DNA of 64,000 bases from Candidatus Micrarchaeota archaeon. Lineage in GTDB: Archaea; Micrarchaeota; Micrarchaeia; Micrarchaeales; CABMGC01. The position numbers and the translations under genes were made by a program. The stretch lies in the NCBI GenBank assembly GCA_021801225.1, contig JAJYYF010000011.1, positions 6,113-70,112 of the forward strand, given 5' to 3'. The notes under the pieces were generated by a model. It searched no databases. It saw only the letters and a list, made by a program, of their open reading frames with translations, and was not told the origin of the DNA. This document shows positions 16,768 through 25,700 of the stretch, in pieces (within the stretch, counting starts at the first letter, position 1; each line of letters opens with the position of its first letter).

Positions 16768-18891
16768 TTATGGAGGTGGAGTAAACTGATATAATGAGTA
16801 AATAGGCATTGTATTTGGAGATGGAGGTTGTGATGACCCACATGAACCGGGAGCATAACCCGGAGGACCACTATCCTGAGCGGGATTTGTAATAGGATAC
16901 TGCGAGTAACCATCAGCAGTTATAGTAAGAGTCACTTGTGATGCTACGACTGTTGCAGTACTTGATGGTGAACAATCATAAGGAGTACTAGTAGTATAAT
17001 AGTTATTATACATAACGGCATCTCCAAGACCAAGACCACCATAATAAGCATAAACTTCGCATTGATCAGGAACAGAACCAGTAAGTGAGGTTCCTATCTG
17101 AAACCAACCGTATTGATCAGTTTGAGTATATGGAAGAGGTGGGTTTGGAGCCTGTGTACCTAATGAATCTTGAATAAAATTACAACTATTATAACTCTGA
17201 ATTTCATTTACCCAGACATATATATTGCCCCATTTTGCAGTTTCAACAACGTTGTTCTTTAAGTCATTTAATATGAAGTTAGAATTACTACCAGAGTAAG
17301 AACCTGTGCCTGAACCACTCCAACCAGTAAATGGTATTGCTTCGTTACCATTTATGCACCAAAATGTATAAGGATCTGGAGTATTTTGAAAACTTGAAAA
17401 TGATGTGCCACTTGAAGTATAACCATTTGTTTGAGTTGTTGATAGGTAATTTGAAGAAAATGTGCCAAATCCGTACTCGTTATTTTCTGCTGAGAGGGTT
17501 CCTTGACTTACCTCTCCGCCATTATAATTAGCACCGTATGGAGTTGACACTGCATTTGCAGAACCAGAATATGGACCACACCAATACCACCCATAAGGTG
17601 CTGTATTTTGATAAGTAACTGTAGGATCTTGTCTTGTATAAAATGCTACTGCTAATGTATCTAAACCACCATAAGAGCCTGGAAGTGTAAATGAGGTAAC
17701 TGTATTTGAAGTTGAAGGGCCAGCTGGTGGATTCGACTGGGAAGTACTAAAGCCCCATCCTTCAAAAATAAAGTTTGTGCCTCCAGCTGCAGAACATGTT
17801 GATTGAGCTGATACGGATTGTGGAATTACGGTAGCTGGTGAAGCAAAGAAATCAATAAAAGGATTCTTTTCTGCTGGAGAGGCAGGACCTATATTTACAC
17901 ATGAAGCAACTGCCTTTGAGTATTGAGCATTAAAACCGCCACCTAAAGGAGCATAATTAGTAAAGGTAGTACCGGTTCCAGCATCAGACGAAGGATCTGC
18001 CAAAGCCCCAGCACCTACCCAGTAATTACTAGTAGAAGTTGTTGGTAGTGTTGATTGTGATATTGATGTTAATGGAGTGGTTGTTGAAGTAGTTGTTGAT
18101 GTTGTTGATGTAGTGGTTGAGGAAGTAGTTGATTGGGTTGTTGGAGTTGTTGTTGGAGTTGTTGTTGGATTTGTGGTCGGTGTTGTTGTCGGTGTTGTAG
18201 ATTGAGTTGTTGTGGTTGTTGTTGATGTCGTGGTTGAGGTTGATGTAGTGGTTGAGGTTGATGATTGGGTTGTTGGTTGAGTCGATGGTGATGTTTGAGG
18301 AGTACCTCCACCGGGTGGAGTTATTATTTGTGGGATTCCGGTAGGAGGTATTACTATTATTGATTCTTCAATAAGTATATTTGCTGGATATGCATAACTT
18401 ACTGAAGAACCTGAAGTAGATAATTTAGTCAATACTGGATTGTTTTTACAATTTACACTTACACATTCAGAGTAATTAAAAAAGAATTGAGGTTCTAGCT
18501 GGGAACCGGTATTTGGAAAGAAGTTAGCTAGAAATGCAGTGCAGGTTACCTTTCCACCTTGAGCTATACTAGATGGAGTACAGATACCAGACGCAATGTT
18601 TGAAGCAGCACTTAGCTTTACAAAAAATGATGGATTATTATTAAAATAGATAGGTTTTCCAATATTATTAGTAAATGCTATTATTGCTGTTGAACCGAGA
18701 GTATTAGTACTTATTATTAATTGATAACATGGAAAACCACTGGAAATATAACAATAAGAAGGACTAAATGTGCTTGATGAAGTTGATGAGGTAAGTATAA
18801 AATAAACTGAAATCACTATAGCTATGAGTATTATTGCCCAAGAATATGTTACTAAATACTCCATTGCCGACTGAAGTTTCATAACTTTCAT
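16768..18891 (-). CDS. Very large pilin-like surface protein: class III signal peptide, Thr/Pro-rich stalk, and a G/S/Y/W-rich C-terminal region
   Basis: N-terminus MKVMKLQSAMEYLVTYSWAIILIAIV, the same QSAMEYL core as the 167-aa pilin. About 80 aa of T/S/P repeats. The C-terminal ~430 aa carry FxGW motifs (FIFEGWG, PFTGWSG) and paired cysteines. Confidence 0.7.
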   Translation of the reverse strand: MKVMKLQSAMEYLVTYSWAIILIAIVISVYFILTSSTSSSTFSPSYCYISSGFPCYQLIISTNTLGSTAIIAFTNNIGKPIYFNNNPSFFVKLSAASNIASGICTPSSIAQGGKVTCTAFLANFFPNTGSQLEPQFFFNYSECVSVNCKNNPVLTKLSTSGSSVSYAYPANILIEESIIVIPPTGIPQIITPPGGGTPQTSPSTQPTTQSSTSTTTSTSTTTSTTTTTTQSTTPTTTPTTNPTTTPTTTPTTQSTTSSTTTSTTSTTTSTTTPLTSISQSTLPTTSTSNYWVGAGALADPSSDAGTGTTFTNYAPLGGGFNAQYSKAVASCVNIGPASPAEKNPFIDFFASPATVIPQSVSAQSTCSAAGGTNFIFEGWGFSTSQSNPPAGPSTSNTVTSFTLPGSYGGLDTLAVAFYTRQDPTVTYQNTAPYGWYWCGPYSGSANAVSTPYGANYNGGEVSQGTLSAENNEYGFGTFSSNYLSTTQTNGYTSSGTSFSSFQNTPDPYTFWCINGNEAIPFTGWSGSGTGSYSGSNSNFILNDLKNNVVETAKWGNIYVWVNEIQSYNSCNFIQDSLGTQAPNPPLPYTQTDQYGWFQIGTSLTGSVPDQCEVYAYYGGLGLGDAVMYNNYYTTSTPYDCSPSSTATVVASQVTLTITADGYSQYPITNPAQDSGPPGYAPGSCGSSQPPSPNTMPIYSLYQFTPPP
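18060..18300. repeat. Low-complexity coding repeat (Thr/Ser/Pro stalk of the 707-aa protein)
   Basis: Reiterated GTTGTTG/GTGGTTG/GGAGTTG units on the + strand, translating on the - strand to TTTSTSTTTSTTTTTTQSTTPTTTPTTNPTTTPTTTPTTQ. Confidence 0.8.
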
Positions 18892-18970
18892 TTGAACGCT
18901 TAAATATAAAAATATATGTTTTGTAGTTAATAAATTAATTTAAAATAGAAATAATACCTAAAATAAAGTT

Positions 18971-19043
18971 TAGCCCCTACCGGATTCGAACCGATGTTCG
19001 TGGGTCCAAAGCCCACTGTCCTTGGCCACTAGACGAAAGGGCT
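18971..19043 (-). tRNA. tRNA-Gln (anticodon UUG), no intron
   Basis: Hand-folded, 73 nt. Acceptor AGCCCTT/AGGGGCT (A1-U72, as typical for archaeal tRNA-Gln); D arm GTCT-AGTGGCCAA-GGAC; anticodon arm GTGGG-CTTTGGA-CCCAC; T arm ATCGG-TTCGAAT-CCGGT. Confidence 0.9.
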
Positions 19044-19089
19044 AGGTTATTCTTAATTATATGTATAATTTAATATTTAAATATTAAGT

Positions 19090-20406
19090 TTAGTAAGACC
19101 TTGCAAAGTAAACAGTTATTTCTGAAGGTTTGTTACAATAAATACAGTTGCCTTTTTTACTTTCTTTGAATGGTATTGCTCTTGATGTTGCAGTAGTATC
19201 TGCTTTTATCTTTTCTTCGCATTCTGGACTTCCACACCATAAAACCTTAACAAAGCCTTTTGCTACCTTTTCCTTAAACTCGTCATAATTTTTCGCAGTG
19301 AATATTAATGAGGACATTAGCTCTTTATTTTTTTTAAAGATATTTTTTTGTATTTTTTTAAGCAAGGTTTTACAAATTTTTAATACCTCTTCTTGTTTTA
19401 CAGTTATCTTTTCTCCTGTATCTCTCCTAACAATTACAACATTATTTTCTTTTAAATCTCTTGGACCTATCTCAATTCTTATTGGGACTCCTTTTAACTC
19501 CCAATAATTAAATTTATATCCAGGGGATCTTCCTTCTCTATCATCAAATTTTGTAGTTATATCTTTTTTATTTAGCAGTTTAGATAATTTTGAAGCGACC
19601 TCGGATACATTTGCTTTATCTTCTTCAGAATAAAATATAGGCACTATTACTGCTTGTATCGGAGCTATTTTAGGAGGAAGCATTAAACCTTTATCATCAC
19701 TATTCAACATTATTAGAGCGCCTAAGAGTCTTGTAGATATGCCCCATGAAGTAGTGTGTACATTTTTATTATTGCCATCTTTATCGGCATAGCTAACATC
19801 AAAATGCCTTGAGAAGTTTTCTCCTAGATAATGAGAGGTTCCTGATTGAAGTGCCTTCCCATCTGGCATTATTGCTTCTATTGTTGTAGTATAAACTGCT
19901 CCGGCAAATTTTTCTGATTCTGTTTTAGTCCCTAGTATTACGGGGATTGCTAAATACTTTTCAGCAAGCTCTTTATAGAACTCTAATGCCATAATTACCT
20001 CTTTTTCTGCTTCTTCTTTAGTTGCGTGAGCGGTATGACCTTCTTGCCATAAGAACTCGCTGGATCTCAAGAAAGGCCTAGTTGCTTTTATCTCAGCCCT
20101 AGCAACATTGCACCACTGATTTAATAACATAGGTAAATCTCTCCAGCTTCGTATCCACTTTGACATGAAGTGATAAACCATAGTTTCTGAAGTAGGTCGA
20201 ATAGCTACTTTTTCGCCTAGTTCTCTGTCGCCGCTTTTCGTTACCCAGAAAAGTTCTGGAGCAAAGCCCTTGAGGTGTTCTGACTCTTTTAAAAAGAAGC
20301 TTTCTGGAATAAATAATGGAAAGTATGCATTTAAGTGGTTTGTTTCTTTAATCATATGATTAAATTTTTCCTGTATGTTTTCCCATATTGAGTACATGTA
20401 AGGCAT
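19090..20406 (-). CDS. proS: Prolyl-tRNA synthetase, archaeal/eukaryotic type. Coordinates are the ATG-delimited ORF; homology continues upstream.
   Basis: 438 aa with a class II core and the C-terminal zinc-binding domain ending in Y. The upstream in-frame codons (to 20583) encode ...GITVKKSENLSEWYTQIVTKAELADYGPVQGTVAI, the conserved ProRS N-terminus. They have no ATG/GTG/TTG (see findings). Confidence 0.85.
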   Translation of the reverse strand: MPYMYSIWENIQEKFNHMIKETNHLNAYFPLFIPESFFLKESEHLKGFAPELFWVTKSGDRELGEKVAIRPTSETMVYHFMSKWIRSWRDLPMLLNQWCNVARAEIKATRPFLRSSEFLWQEGHTAHATKEEAEKEVIMALEFYKELAEKYLAIPVILGTKTESEKFAGAVYTTTIEAIMPDGKALQSGTSHYLGENFSRHFDVSYADKDGNNKNVHTTSWGISTRLLGALIMLNSDDKGLMLPPKIAPIQAVIVPIFYSEEDKANVSEVASKLSKLLNKKDITTKFDDREGRSPGYKFNYWELKGVPIRIEIGPRDLKENNVVIVRRDTGEKITVKQEEVLKICKTLLKKIQKNIFKKNKELMSSLIFTAKNYDEFKEKVAKGFVKVLWCGSPECEEKIKADTTATSRAIPFKESKKGNCIYCNKPSEITVYFARSY

Positions 20407-20616
20407 TATTGCTACCGTACCTTGTACAGGCCCATAATCCGCAAGTTCAGCTTTGGTTACAATTTGTGTATACCATTCTGAAAGATTTTCACTTTTTTTT
20501 ACAGTTATTCCTTTCTCATCTTCTGATTTTTTAAAGTCCAGATAAACACCTATTATATCATAGAATAATGAATTAATTAGTATTTATATTTATTCTATAT
20601 GTAGTTTATGGGTAAT

Positions 20617-21213
20617 TTACAGTTTATATTTATATAAAGCAATGTCTAATTTTCTCCTATTTTTAAAATGGATTCCTATTAGACCGGCTTTATTTGCACC
20701 TTTTATATTTTCTATTTTATCATCAATAAAAATTGCTTCTTTTTGTTTTAATTTCAGTTTTTTCATTACTTTTTTATATATCAATAAATCAGGTTTTCTT
20801 GATCTTAAATAACAAGAAGTAAATCTAAAATCAAATAAATTCATATCGAGTATTTTCATTGTAAAGGAGTATCTGGATTTGTCTATATTCGATAAAAATG
20901 CTATAGTATAATCTTTATGAAGGATGTTTATCAACTCAATTATATCATAATTGAACTTCACTGTTTCCTTGTAAAATTTTAACCAATTTACCTTTTCTTT
21001 GTTTACGTGAAGATCCTTTGATATTATCTTTTCAAATTGTTTTAAAGTTATCCTCCCACTTTCTAAATCAGGAAGTGTCTTTTGTTCAATTATTTTTTTA
21101 ACTTTAGAGTACTTAATTTTACTTACTTTTACTAGGTACTTGTAATAATTAGTGTTATCGTAGTTTATTACAACGCCGCCCAAATCAAATATGATTGCTT
21201 TTATCATTGTCAT
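20617..21213 (-). CDS. HAD-superfamily hydrolase (subfamily IA-like)
   Basis: IIFDLGGVV (motif I DxD-type), LSN (motif II) and FIDDKIENIKGANKAG (motifs III/IV). Confidence 0.75.
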   Translation of the reverse strand: MTMIKAIIFDLGGVVINYDNTNYYKYLVKVSKIKYSKVKKIIEQKTLPDLESGRITLKQFEKIISKDLHVNKEKVNWLKFYKETVKFNYDIIELINILHKDYTIAFLSNIDKSRYSFTMKILDMNLFDFRFTSCYLRSRKPDLLIYKKVMKKLKLKQKEAIFIDDKIENIKGANKAGLIGIHFKNRRKLDIALYKYKL

Positions 21214-21267
21214 TAAATCAACAAAAGGAATATTAATATACTTGCATAGAAAAATATAATATTACTA

Positions 21268-21405
21268 GGGGTTGTGGCGTAATTTGGCAGCGCGGCAGGC
21301 TCCAGATGTTTAAAAAATCTTTGAGCTATAAGCTGTGATGAAGATCTGGAAATTTGAAAAATATGAAGTAACCTGCACGTCCGGGTTCAAATCCCGGCAA
21401 CCCCA
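21268..21405 (+). tRNA. tRNA-Trp (anticodon CCA) with a ~65-nt intron at the canonical 37/38 position
   Basis: Hand-folded. Acceptor GGGGTTG/CAACCCC; D arm GCGT-AATTTGGCA-GCGC; anticodon stem GCAGG (21295-21299) / CCTGC (21372-21376); loop CTCCAGA with CCA at 21302-21304; T arm CCGGG-TTCAAAT-CCCGG. Intron about 21306-21370; mature length 73. Confidence 0.85.
21335..21357 (+). ncRNA. C/D-box-like guide module inside the tRNA-Trp intron
   Basis: GUGAUGA (21335-21341), a 12-nt spacer AGAUCUGGAAAU, then UUGA (21354-21357). The spacer's AUCUGGA pairs with 21301-21307 (UCCAGAU), placing C34 opposite the 5th nt upstream of the D-like box. Confidence 0.45.
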
Positions 21406-21421
21406 AAACCAATTTAAATTT

Positions 21422-22069
21422 TTATTTGGTTTTTGATCTTGATTTTTTATTTGAGTTTAAAGTACGTTTACGCTTAGATTGTTTTATTTTGCTTTGAAAC
21501 TTTGGTTTTTTAACTTTTTTAATTATAAAGTAATATAACAATCCCAAAATAATTATTATTGCCAATATAATTAGTACTATGTATATTATAGGCAGTCCTA
21601 CTGGTTTTAATGCAGTTACTCCTACTATCTTAGCAACGCCCTGTTGTAGAATAGCTCCGCTTCCAGATATAGTATTATTTGATAGTTCTATTGCTTGTAG
21701 TATGCCGCTCCAATGCATTCCAGGTTTATTTTTATTTGATGGCATATACACAGTAACATTTAATGTTAACTGACCGCCAGAAGGGATTGTACCATTCATT
21801 TGTGAAATAGAAAATGTTGGAGTAGTTGAGTTAGGTATAGTATTTAGTGTAGGTAGTATTATTTTAAAACTTAAAGGTTTAGAGCCACCGTTTATTAATG
21901 TAAAAGGTAATGAAGCACTCCCACCTATACTTGCATTGAAATTTAACTGCCCTGCAACTTCTCCGAATTGAGCATAATTAAGATTAATAAAAAGAAAGGA
22001 AAGAAGAGAAAAAATAAAAAATAAACTAATTAAATGGATACGATTAAAGTTCATATGACCATTTAGCAA
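21422..22069 (-). CDS. Secreted single beta-sandwich-like domain protein with a C-terminal TM anchor and K-rich tail (last gene of the surface operon)
   Basis: 215 aa. Signal-like N-terminus. The domain shows the pattern GGSASLPFTLINGGSKPLSFKIILP...GGQLTLNVTVYMP, then TM PIIYIVLIILAIIIILGLLYYFII and a KKVKKPKFQSKIKQSKRKR tail. Its start overlaps the upstream gene's stop by 7 nt. Confidence 0.55.
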   Translation of the reverse strand: MLNGHMNFNRIHLISLFFIFSLLSFLFINLNYAQFGEVAGQLNFNASIGGSASLPFTLINGGSKPLSFKIILPTLNTIPNSTTPTFSISQMNGTIPSGGQLTLNVTVYMPSNKNKPGMHWSGILQAIELSNNTISGSGAILQQGVAKIVGVTALKPVGLPIIYIVLIILAIIIILGLLYYFIIKKVKKPKFQSKIKQSKRKRTLNSNKKSRSKTK

Positions 22070-22578
22070 GAGTTTTCAAATGTTATTGTTTGAGTGTATG
22101 TACCAGGAGTTGTTCCGCCAGGAACTTCCAATCCGAAGTACACTGTATTTGATGTAGAAGGTGATAAAACTGTTGGTGCAGGTATTTGTATAGCTGTATC
22201 TACTAATGAAGTTGTTAAAGAAACACCTAAGTATGAAGACTGTGACAAACCATTATAATTTGTTTGGCCTACGGCAAATGTATTTGAACCTGAAGCCCAA
22301 GTAGTACCTTCTAAAAGAATATTTGCAGCTACATTTCCGCCATTATCAGTATCTGTTACTAAAACGTTTGTATCATATGCGGAAGTTGGTGCCATATTTC
22401 CAAATGTTATTGAGTTAGGAGAGATTCCTATAAAACAAGCTGATGAAACCACTACATTTGCATTGACGTTTGAGCTTCCTGATGAAGGGTATATGAGTGG
22501 AAATGATAAATAACTCATAACTCCTATTACTCCAAAGAAAATGCCTAATAACAAACTTAAATTCTTTTTTTGCAACAT
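22063..22578 (-). CDS. Small secreted protein consisting of the Cys-bracketed module shared with the 1510-aa adhesin (candidate filament subunit)
   Basis: 171 aa. Signal peptide, then ...NVNANVVVSSACFIGISPNSITFG...NTVYFGLEVPGGTTPGTYTQTITFENSC. It ends with the same FGLxVPGGTxxGTYxQxITFENSC as the giant protein. Confidence 0.6.
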   Translation of the reverse strand: MLQKKNLSLLLGIFFGVIGVMSYLSFPLIYPSSGSSNVNANVVVSSACFIGISPNSITFGNMAPTSAYDTNVLVTDTDNGGNVAANILLEGTTWASGSNTFAVGQTNYNGLSQSSYLGVSLTTSLVDTAIQIPAPTVLSPSTSNTVYFGLEVPGGTTPGTYTQTITFENSC

Positions 22579-22701
22579 ATTAATACCAAGTAAATATCAA
22601 ACTAAAACATTTATATAGTTATCTGTAATTATTTGAACCGCCAAAGATAAAACTTTATTTTGTTCAGATTAAAACTAAATTTATTAAAGCTAAATTTTTA
22701 T

Positions 22702-25700
22702 TTAACATGAGTTCTCAAAGGTTATGATTTGTTGATATGTCCCAGAGTTAGTACCACCTGGAACTCTCAGACCGAAGTATATTGAGTTGCTTCCAGTAGA
22801 AGGTATGCTAATCAAGGTATTTGATAAAACAGATGTAAGTTTTGATGCAGTAGAAAATGCAATGTTGTTTGTTGCTGCCCATGTAGTATTACTCACACCA
22901 AACTGTGTAGGTCCAATCCAATTTCCTCCAAAAATATACATGTATGCGCCAGTATTCCCAGTATTTGTATCGATTATAGAGTTTATAGTGTTTATACTTG
23001 AAGAGGGATTTAAAGTACCAAAAGTTATTGAGTTTTGATTTAATGATATAGTACAAGTAGATTGTGAGGATACAGGAAAAACACTTCCCTGAAAAACGTA
23101 AGGCATAACTCCATTAGGAGGATATGCTCGTATAATTAACCCATTCATATACTGGGTTGAGGTACCACTTCCAGCGTCTCCTACAAATCCAAGATAATCT
23201 CCTTTGTTTGTTACACTATAATTATTAGAAGGATTTTTTCCTATTTCAGTTCCATAAGTTCCAGGAGTGGTCGATAAGAACAGTTGAGCATTACCATTAG
23301 TTATTGTTAGACCCATTAGTAGCCATTCATTTGACCATGTTCCTGTGTCAGGAGGTGCATACCACAATATCCATGATGCTGAAGGAGCAATACCGTACCA
23401 TCCAGCACCATTTCCAACCCTAGCAATTTGACCTGCTCCTGTAGAGTTTGCTAAAAAGAATAAATCATCCAAATTTTGCGTATACGTATAATACTCTATT
23501 ATTGAGTTTTCAGATTGATTATTTGCAATAGTATAAAGATAATCGCCATTAGCGCCATTCGCATAAAATGCATTTAGACCAAATGGAGAACCAGAAGGAG
23601 CTGAGGTAGTATCACCAGCAGTACCTGCAACTGTCCAACCGTTTAATGAGCCTCCGTTAAAATAATTGTTAAAAACATAATTACCATTATCATACTGTGC
23701 ATATGTTGAAGTTGCTGTTGGAAACTCTCCTATGCCGTTAATACCGCCGTTAGAAAGTAAGTTTAATGTATTACTTCCAAAACCAATATATAGAGGATAA
23801 ATAGAGTTTGATGATATACCATAGGGTAGTTTTACCCATATAGTGAGGTTACCTGTATTATTATTCTCTATCCATGAAGGAATAACATCGCCACTAATGT
23901 TAAATATCTCGAAATTAGCATCGTTTCCATTATACTGAAGATAATTTTTATAAGTGCTTTCATTTATGCTAATTAATTGCTGAAAAGCACCCTGTACCGA
24001 AGCAGTTTGATTATTAAGAATACATAAAGGTGCATAAAATAATGTATTATAAGGTGTACTGCTAGGTGTATTAACTACACATACATCTTGTTTAACGCTG
24101 TTTGATAAATAATTGCCGTTTCCAGAACTTGATAATGTAATATTGTATAAATTATTACCAGTAGGAGGATAAAAATCATAAATATTATTAGAGTTTGAAC
24201 TTGATACAGATGAACCATCTATATATAAAACAGATTGAATCTGATTCCCAGGTGTTGAAATTGAATAATTAATTGGGAAGTAACTTCCACTGTTCAATAT
24301 TACTTTGGGTAAATTTAATTTTAAAGAAGGGTATGCCTGTATTACATCCAATAATGTATTTGTACTTACTCCGGAGGTTATATCATTTACAGATATAGTG
24401 TAACTTCCAGGAGATATGCAGTCGCTAATAGATGGAGTCGCTCCACATATGGTGTATGTTACTACATTTGCAGTAGGACCAGCAAGTAAAACTCCGTCAT
24501 TAAATAACTCCAACATATCTTGACTTTTTGGGCTTATTCCGTTAATTATATCTGAACTTCCATATGCAACCGGATTATTTTGTATTTGGATTACAGGCAT
24601 ACTTGAAGATTGAGGAGTGCCGAATGATGCAGAAGGCATAACACCATTTGGAGGATAGTTACGTATTATAAAGCCATTCCAATATGTTATATGAGATGAA
24701 CCTAAACCGTCGCCTACTAATCCAATATAATCACCATTATTTTTTATAGAAAATTGAGATGTTGCAAGAGTACCTAATGTTGAGATATAATTTGAAACAC
24801 TACCAATATACGCATTTGCAGTAGTACTTGATATAACAACATCGTATTTATACCAAATATTTTCTGAAGTATCTATTCCGGGAGATGGAGCCGCCCACGA
24901 TGTCCAGGAACTGGTTGTTGCAATTCCAGAATAATCACCACCGCCTCTGCCGTCAAGTCTTGCCATCTGTCCTGAACCAGCAGAGTTTGTAAGAAAAAAG
25001 AGGTTACCAAGACCAGTAGTGTATACATCAAAAGTTATGATAGAATTTTGAGACAGACCACTTATAGGTAAGTACATATAATCACCGTTTGCAGAGTTCG
25101 CATATAACGCGTTTGGACTAGAATAATAACTTCCTGATGGAGCCGTTTTTTCTCCAGCAGTACCGTGGATTGTCCAACCAGATGAAGAACTTGGATTTAC
25201 GTTGTAATATGTAAATACAGTTGATCCATCATCATACTCGGCATAAATTGGACTTAGTTGTGGTGCCTCCCCGATATCAACATTATTAAATAAATTCTGT
25301 GAAGTTAATGAAAAACCCATGTATATTGTAATACCATTATCTGGCATAATAGTATTGGAAAGTTTTAACCAGTAAATAGTGTTTGTAGAGGTGTAAAAAT
25401 AAATTGAGTTTGTTGGATTATTTAATAAGTTATTGCTTGTACTGCCTTCCATCCAGCTCGGAATTATGCTTCCATTATAATAAAAAAATTCTATGTTACT
25501 CAGATTTTTAGACTCGTAACTTTTAAATTCTAAACTGTTTACTGGAAGCATATATTGAAAAGGTACAGGAGTAGGTTCATTTTGCAAATTAGATAAAGTG
25601 ATTGGTACATAAGAGAGTATTCCAGACGGTATTACTATCAAGGTAGGATCTACGGAAGAGTAATTATTATTTCCATAAGTATCAAAAGTAATGATAGCAT

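Noticed and set aside
18069-18311. 80-aa Q/H/P-rich ORF (MEVLLKHHHRLNQQPNHQPQ...) on the minus strand
   Set aside because: It is simply another reading frame of the Thr/Ser/Pro repeat inside the 707-aa gene. Low-complexity DNA stays open in several frames, and there is no independent start context.
21303-21324. A second (C / D') box pair in the 5' half of the tRNA-Trp intron
   Set aside because: The candidate C box (CAGAUGU) is degenerate and overlaps the anticodon. The 12-nt spacer (UUUAAAAAAUCU) has no complement in the tRNA. Only the 3' half-guide is reported.
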